A stretch of DNA of 64,000 nt from an uncultured Marinilabiliaceae bacterium (GTDB lineage Bacteria; Bacteroidota; Bacteroidia; Bacteroidales; VadinHA17): NCBI GenBank assembly GCA_942491535.1, contig CALOBV010000012.1:137774-201773 (forward strand). Direction: 5' to 3'. Below the pieces are notes generated by a model. The model saw nothing but the letters and a program-made list of their open reading frames with translations. It was not told the origin of the DNA and did not search any database. The translations under genes and the position numbers were made by a program. Below, piece by piece: positions 59,115-64,000 of the stretch. The first letter of the stretch is position 1. Each line of letters starts with the position of its first letter.

Positions 59115-60656
59115 CTACCTCTCCACTTCCTCAAGGGCACTCCTGAAGCGATCCATAAGCTCCTTATTAAGATCCAGTGGTGGATCGGAGTCTTCGCCAA
59201 GGAAAGACTTATAGGGATGCTCGGCACTGTATGTTTTAAATTCTTCCTTTATCTTATTTAATTTATCAGGTTCTGTAAGAAGGTCTATAGCAGAAGCAGC
59301 CATTACCCTTGATCCCGTATTGAGACCCTTCCATGCTGCACTGCCATAATATGCCGATACTGCAGACCAGTGGTGACCAATCATACCGGGAACTCCTCCG
59401 GGGAATCGTAATGTGGCGCAGGGGGCAACAAGTGTTACTTCGCCCACATCGGATGAACCTCCACCTACCTGGATACCTGAAGGCATATTTAGCTTATTTA
59501 CTTCTATAGGGTATCCTGCTTCCTTTTTACCCAGATTCTTCTGGAGAGCTTTAGCATATTCGTTTTCTTCCTCTGTCCACTGCGGCATACCAACCAGTTC
59601 AATATTCGACTGGATCAGTTCGGCCATTCCCCTGTTTGAATGTCGCTGGTGAACACCGGTAAGGACCCTTACCTCTTCAAGTGTTGTACCTGTTGCAAGA
59701 GCAGCTCCTTCGGCACATTTTACAACCCTGTCGTACATATCTTCCAATCGTTCATCGGTATTTCTTACATAGTACCAGACTGAAGCTTTATCGGGTACAA
59801 CATTTGGTGCTTCCCCTCCCTTTACAATAACATAATGCATCCTGTGGGTGTAATCAAGGTGCTCTCTGAGGTAATTTGTTGAAACATTCATTATTTCAAC
59901 TGCATCAAGTGCACTTCTGCCATCCCAGGGTGCACCGGCCGAGTGTGCTGTTTTTCCACTGAAAGTGAATATTACCGAGATTACAGCATTACCGCTCACT
60001 CCAAACCCGGTACCCATATTACTCGATGAATGATTATCAATTACTGCATCGACATCATCAAAAACGCCGGCTCTTACCATATATGGACGGCTAATAATAG
60101 TTTCTTCTGCCGGAGAACCATAAAATCTTATTGTACCCTTGATATTGTTCTTTTCCATGCTCTTTTTGGTTGCTATTGCCGCTGCAATAGCTGCTGTTCC
60201 CATCATATTATGTCCGCAGCCATGACCTGGCCCTCCCTCTATAAGAGGTTCCTGTTCGGGAACCCTTCCTTTCTGTGAAATCATTGGCAGGGCATCAAAC
60301 TCACCGAGTATTCCTATAACGGGTTTGCCGCTGCCCCAGCTGGCAATAAAGCATGTAGGCATGCCGGCCACATTCCGTTCAATAGTAAATCCTTCTGATT
60401 CAAGAGTTTCCATAAGAAGAGCAGATGATTTAAACTCCTGCATACCCAGCTCGGCATAGTGCCATATTTTATCAGATATTTGTCCGAATTTTTCTATTGT
60501 CTCTTCCTGCTCAAGCCATGATAGGGCCGTCTTTTTTTCTTTATAATTTTTTGCGGCAGGAACATCTATTACATTTTTATTTTGCGCAAACAGAAAGTTT
60601 ACTGAAAATAATAATACAGTAATTATCGAGACGAATGATTTAGCCTGGCGATTCAT
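59115..60656 (-). CDS. M20 amidohydrolase (p-aminobenzoyl-glutamate hydrolase subunit B-like)
   Basis: ELGMQEFKS, GEFDALP, GHGCGHN, GSPAEE, GRSALDAVE and GSSDVG motifs. Confidence 0.88.
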   Translation of the reverse strand: MNRQAKSFVSIITVLLFSVNFLFAQNKNVIDVPAAKNYKEKKTALSWLEQEETIEKFGQISDKIWHYAELGMQEFKSSALLMETLESEGFTIERNVAGMPTCFIASWGSGKPVIGILGEFDALPMISQKGRVPEQEPLIEGGPGHGCGHNMMGTAAIAAAIATKKSMEKNNIKGTIRFYGSPAEETIISRPYMVRAGVFDDVDAVIDNHSSSNMGTGFGVSGNAVISVIFTFSGKTAHSAGAPWDGRSALDAVEIMNVSTNYLREHLDYTHRMHYVIVKGGEAPNVVPDKASVWYYVRNTDERLEDMYDRVVKCAEGAALATGTTLEEVRVLTGVHQRHSNRGMAELIQSNIELVGMPQWTEEENEYAKALQKNLGKKEAGYPIEVNKLNMPSGIQVGGGSSDVGEVTLVAPCATLRFPGGVPGMIGHHWSAVSAYYGSAAWKGLNTGSRVMAASAIDLLTEPDKLNKIKEEFKTYSAEHPYKSFLGEDSDPPLDLNKELMDRFRSALEEVER

Positions 60657-60761
60657 AGTATTTTGATTGGATTAATAATACCTTAAACTTAATGTTTTTA
60701 GCTATTATTCCTGTAAAATATCCTGTTAAAGTAAGTTAAGAAGGAACTTGCTGATATTTTA

Positions 60762-61157
60762 TTAATCTAAAAGTCTGTTAAGCCAGAGGGTGAAGAAGAT
60801 GCCAAGTATTATTCCAAGAAAATTGGCTATCATATCGTAGATGCTAAAAGATCTGGCAACAATAATAAGTTGATGAGTTTCATCAGCAGCAGCAAATGCT
60901 ATCAGGCAGAGCATCAGAATGCTCACTTTTTTGGACCATAATTTAATTTCTGTTTTTGCAAAGGTCAGAAATGCCAGGAACGCAAGTGCAAAGTATTCGG
61001 AGAAATGCATAAGCTTATCAAAGTATCGTTCCAGCAATCCATTATTAATATTAATCTGTGGTAATCTTGGAAGAGATGAAAAAATCAGAATAATTAGTAC
61101 CCACGCCGCAAGAAGGTATGGGGCTGCTGATTTTATATATCCAAAAAGGACTTTCAT
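60762..61157 (-). CDS. VanZ family membrane protein
   Basis: DKLMHFSEYF...DETHQ....RSFSIYDMIANFLG. Confidence 0.85.
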   Translation of the reverse strand: MKVLFGYIKSAAPYLLAAWVLIILIFSSLPRLPQININNGLLERYFDKLMHFSEYFALAFLAFLTFAKTEIKLWSKKVSILMLCLIAFAAADETHQLIIVARSFSIYDMIANFLGIILGIFFTLWLNRLLD

Positions 61158-61259
61158 ATTACCTTTATTTTTCGGCCTGCTAAATTAATCATTCGATATT
61201 AATAATCTAAACTTGGCTGAAAGTCGTCTTTATGCTACTTTTATATAAAATTTACAGAG

Positions 61260-62349
61260 ATGATAAGTAACGATCAGTTAGATGGACTTATTAAGCGCCG
61301 TGATGCGCTGAGGAGGTTCCTTTGACATAGATGTCAAATTAAGCCAGATAGAAGAGAAGGAAAAAATTACACAGGATCCCTCGTTCTGGGACGATCCAAA
61401 GGCTGCTGAAGATCATATGAAAGGCATTTCGCTCTTAAAGGGGTGGACAACATTATTCAAGGATGTTGAGGATTCTATCGACGATCTGCAGGTATTATTT
61501 GATTTTCACAAAGATGGAGAAGCCAGTGAGGAGGAGATAGAGGAGAATTATTCAAGGTCTTTAAGACTGATTGAGGAGCTTGAACTTAAAAATATGCTTC
61601 GTAAGGAGGAAGATCAGTTTGGAGCGATCATGAAAATAAATGCAGGGGCAGGTGGAACAGAAAGTAACGATTGGGCTGAAATGCTGATGAGGATGTACCT
61701 TAGATGGAGCGAAACGAACGGGTATAGCGTTAAAGAACTGGATTTTCAACCCGGTGATGAGGTTGGAATAAAATCGGTTACACTTGAGATTTCAGGAGAT
61801 AAGGGCTATGGCTACCTGAAAAGTGAGAACGGAGTACACAGGCTGGTAAGGATCTCACCTTTTAACGCACAGGGTAAGAGGCAGACTACATTTGCATCAG
61901 TATTTGTGTCTCCGCTGGTGGATGATGAAATAGAGATTGATATAAACCTTTCCGATATTACATGGGAGACCTACAGGGCAAGTGGTGCCGGAGGTCAGAA
62001 TGTAAATAAGGTTGAAACGGCAGTGCGACTGCGACATGCTCCTACAGGGCTGGTAATAGAAAACCAGGAAACACGATCGCAGCATAAGAATAAAGAAAAT
62101 GCACTGAGAATACTGAAATCGAATCTATATGAGCTGGAGCTCAGGAAGAGGATGGAGGAGCAGTCGAAAATTGAAGGAACCAAGCTTAAGATAGAATGGG
62201 GCTCGCAGATCAGATCTTATGTAATGCAGCCCTACAAAATGGTGAAAGACCTCAGAACCGGTTTTGAAACAGGTAATGTTCAGGCTGTTTTAGATGGCGA
62301 CCTGAATGGTTTTATTAAATCTTTCCTGATGGAATTCGGAGCTGATTAA
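61260..62349 (+). CDS. prfB: peptide chain release factor 2 with programmed +1 frameshift
   Basis: [21 protein letters not shown], then AGGAGG-TTC-CTT-TGA-C at 61311-61326. The +1 frame is in frame with the ORF containing SPF and GAGGQNVNK. Confidence 0.96.
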
Positions 62350-62350
62350 T

Positions 62351-62441
62351 TGTTATCCTGAACAAAGCAAAGCCTGCCTGCCGCCAGGCAGGGATCTATA
62401 ATGTAATATGGGAATAGATTCCTTGATACCCCGGAACGATA
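62351..62441. repeat. REP-like element with a nested 20-nt palindrome CCTGCCTG-CCGC-CAGGCAGG (62373-62392)
   Basis: Left arm TGTTATCCTGAACAAAGCAAAG|GATCT is interrupted by the palindrome; right arm AGATTCC...CCGGAACGATA. Confidence 0.65.
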
Positions 62442-62448
62442 TTCCAGA

Positions 62449-63510
62449 TTAGTTTTTCCCACGAAATCCCGGCGCGAGATATCTTCTCCAGTATTTCATC
62501 GGGGTAGTAAATGCAAACAGATGGTTAAATAGTCTTATCCTGTTGAGATAGAATATTATCACATAGAAAATCCAGGTGGCAAATATCGTGACGATCCAAA
62601 GCATAATATAGTAGATCACATCCCTTGGAATAAAATCTAACTTATCGGTAATAATTGAAATAAGTCTGCTGAAATAGCTTATCTGTCCAATTTTAAAAAT
62701 AAGAATTGTATAGATAGCCATCAGGGGAACAGAAGAGTTTACTGATTTCTTCGGACATATATTAGAACATCTCATGCAGCTCTCGCATTTATATGTCCAC
62801 CAGGGCCTGTTATTTACCATTTTTATTGCTCCTACCGGACAGCTTTCGGCGCATAATCCGCAACCATTGCAATTTACATCAGCAAGGTATGTCCTGGCCA
62901 GGATAAACCTGCCGAAGAAAATATATCCCAGACTGATGGGTATAATAAAAATATCAACAGGCAGGAGAACAAAGAATTTTATAGGATAGAACATTTTCTT
63001 CCTGCTAAGGCTATCCCAGAGCTTTGATATCTCTCTGTCACGGCGACTGAAAATTGAATCAACTACCTTTTTGCGGATACCCGGGTGGATACTAATCCAG
63101 TTAGATGGTGTGTCGAGTGGAACAACACCATGAATATGGTAGCCTTTAAGTAGCAGAATCAGCATGGGCAGCAGTATGGCCATCCCGCTTATGCCGGGAG
63201 TGAACAATTTACCCATCTTCATTCCGGCACGGTTATTTATCAGGATCACCCTTCCCTTTCCCCGCGGAAATCTCAGGATGAACTTTAACATATACCAGGG
63301 TAAAGAAAAGCCATGTGTTGGATAAGAGAAGCCAAAAATATTGTTAGAGTTTAATGATCCCTTGAGTGGTAATGATTCAGCCCCGGCAGGGCTTAATGTA
63401 ACATTGTTGTATGATTCTTTAGCAAGCTCTGAAAATCGTGTTGCAGCCCAGTATGAATTGCCTGTGCCGGTCATAAAGTAAATAATGACTGATGTTTCTG
63501 TTTCTGACAT
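62449..63510 (-). CDS. EFR1-family flavodoxin/4Fe-4S ferredoxin membrane protein
   Basis: YFMTGTGNS, FSYPTHGF, CNGCGLCAESCP and CESCMRCSNICP motifs. Confidence 0.88.
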   Translation of the reverse strand: MSETETSVIIYFMTGTGNSYWAATRFSELAKESYNNVTLSPAGAESLPLKGSLNSNNIFGFSYPTHGFSLPWYMLKFILRFPRGKGRVILINNRAGMKMGKLFTPGISGMAILLPMLILLLKGYHIHGVVPLDTPSNWISIHPGIRKKVVDSIFSRRDREISKLWDSLSRKKMFYPIKFFVLLPVDIFIIPISLGYIFFGRFILARTYLADVNCNGCGLCAESCPVGAIKMVNNRPWWTYKCESCMRCSNICPKKSVNSSVPLMAIYTILIFKIGQISYFSRLISIITDKLDFIPRDVIYYIMLWIVTIFATWIFYVIIFYLNRIRLFNHLFAFTTPMKYWRRYLAPGFRGKN

Positions 63511-63567
63511 AGATATAAAGTTACAATATATGACAAAAAACATTGATTTTCTATGTCTATTTTCTTT

Positions 63568-63575
63568 TACCTTTG
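63568..63575 (+). promoter_or_regulatory. -7 promoter element (TACCTTTG) for mutA
   Basis: TAnnTTTG consensus 25 nt upstream of the ATG. Confidence 0.55.
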
Positions 63576-63599
63576 CACAAAATAAAACAAGATATAATA

Positions 63600-64000
63600 A
63601 TGTCAGAAAGCAAGAATTTATTCACACAATTTCCTCCTGTCTCTACAGAGGAGTGGATGGATAAAATTAACAAGGACCTGAAGGGAGCTGATTTTACAAG
63701 AAAGCTTGTATGGCGGAGTACTGAAGGTGTGGATGTAAATCCATTTTATCGCGAAGAAGACCTGGAAGAACTTTCTCATATTGATTCTCTCCCGGGAGAA
63801 TTTCCTTTTGTAAGGGGTAATGGTAAAACAACTAATGAATGGCTTATAAGACAGGACATAGTGGTTGATGACCCTGCTGAGGCTAATAAAAAAGCACTGT
63901 ATATTCTGAACCACGGGGTAAATTCTCTTGGGTTCAGGTTCGGCAGGGATGTTAAGTATTCAAGTGATCTTTTCGGGACACTTCTGGATGGTATATTTAT
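63600..64000 (+). CDS. mutA: methylmalonyl-CoA mutase small subunit (5' part; runs off window end)
   Basis: Manual translation: MSESKNLFTQFPPVSTEEWMDKINKDLKGADFTRKLVWRSTEGVDVNPFYREEDL. Not in the ORF track. Confidence 0.88.
   Translation, partial: MSESKNLFTQFPPVSTEEWMDKINKDLKGADFTRKLVWRSTEGVDVNPFYREEDLEELSHIDSLPGEFPFVRGNGKTTNEWLIRQDIVVDDPAEANKKALYILNHGVNSLGFRFGRDVKYSSDLFGTLLDGIF

Noticed and set aside
40-63914. Numerous short antisense or overlapping ORFs in the track (e.g. 40-585, 4277-5492, 7035-8516, 28666-29187, 51875-52423)
   Set aside because: They are shadows of well-supported genes on the other strand or frame and have no recognisable motifs.

Overview
A 64 kb chromosomal segment from a Bacteroidota genome, most likely an uncultured Bacteroidales. 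The assignment rests on TAnnTTTG -7 promoter boxes, T9SS C-terminal domains, an S46 peptidase, the prfB frameshift and mutA. Most of the window is housekeeping or envelope genes: tdh, gltX, TatD, tcdA, glnS, folB, tRNA-Cys, cydAB, a TolC/MacAB-type efflux operon with a LytS/LytTR pair, rnhA, rnhB, prfB and mutA. Two regions stand out. (1) Directly downstream of tRNA-Cys (about 12.05-12.93 kb) is an array of four degenerate copies of a GC-rich structured element. The copies are spaced about 190/190/373 nt apart, show one compensatory base-pair change, and flank an orphan fragment of an Fn3-like gene. I do not recognise this element as any known RNA family, CRISPR or IS, and it is the best candidate for an undescribed system. 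(2) A co-oriented island of about 15 kb (19.8-34.5 kb) lies behind a TPR-histidine kinase/LytTR pair. It encodes exported proteins with a recurring ankyrin-to-lipoprotein module, an orphan ankyrin 3' end, a shared domain and many frameshifts. The intergenic DNA also carries REP-like palindromes (one with a nested 20-nt palindrome), GxxExxY-type repeat scars and 7-mer or TTCAAC tracts. Frameshifts may be real decay or assembly errors; this cannot be resolved without reads. All alignments and folds were done by eye and no database searches were run.
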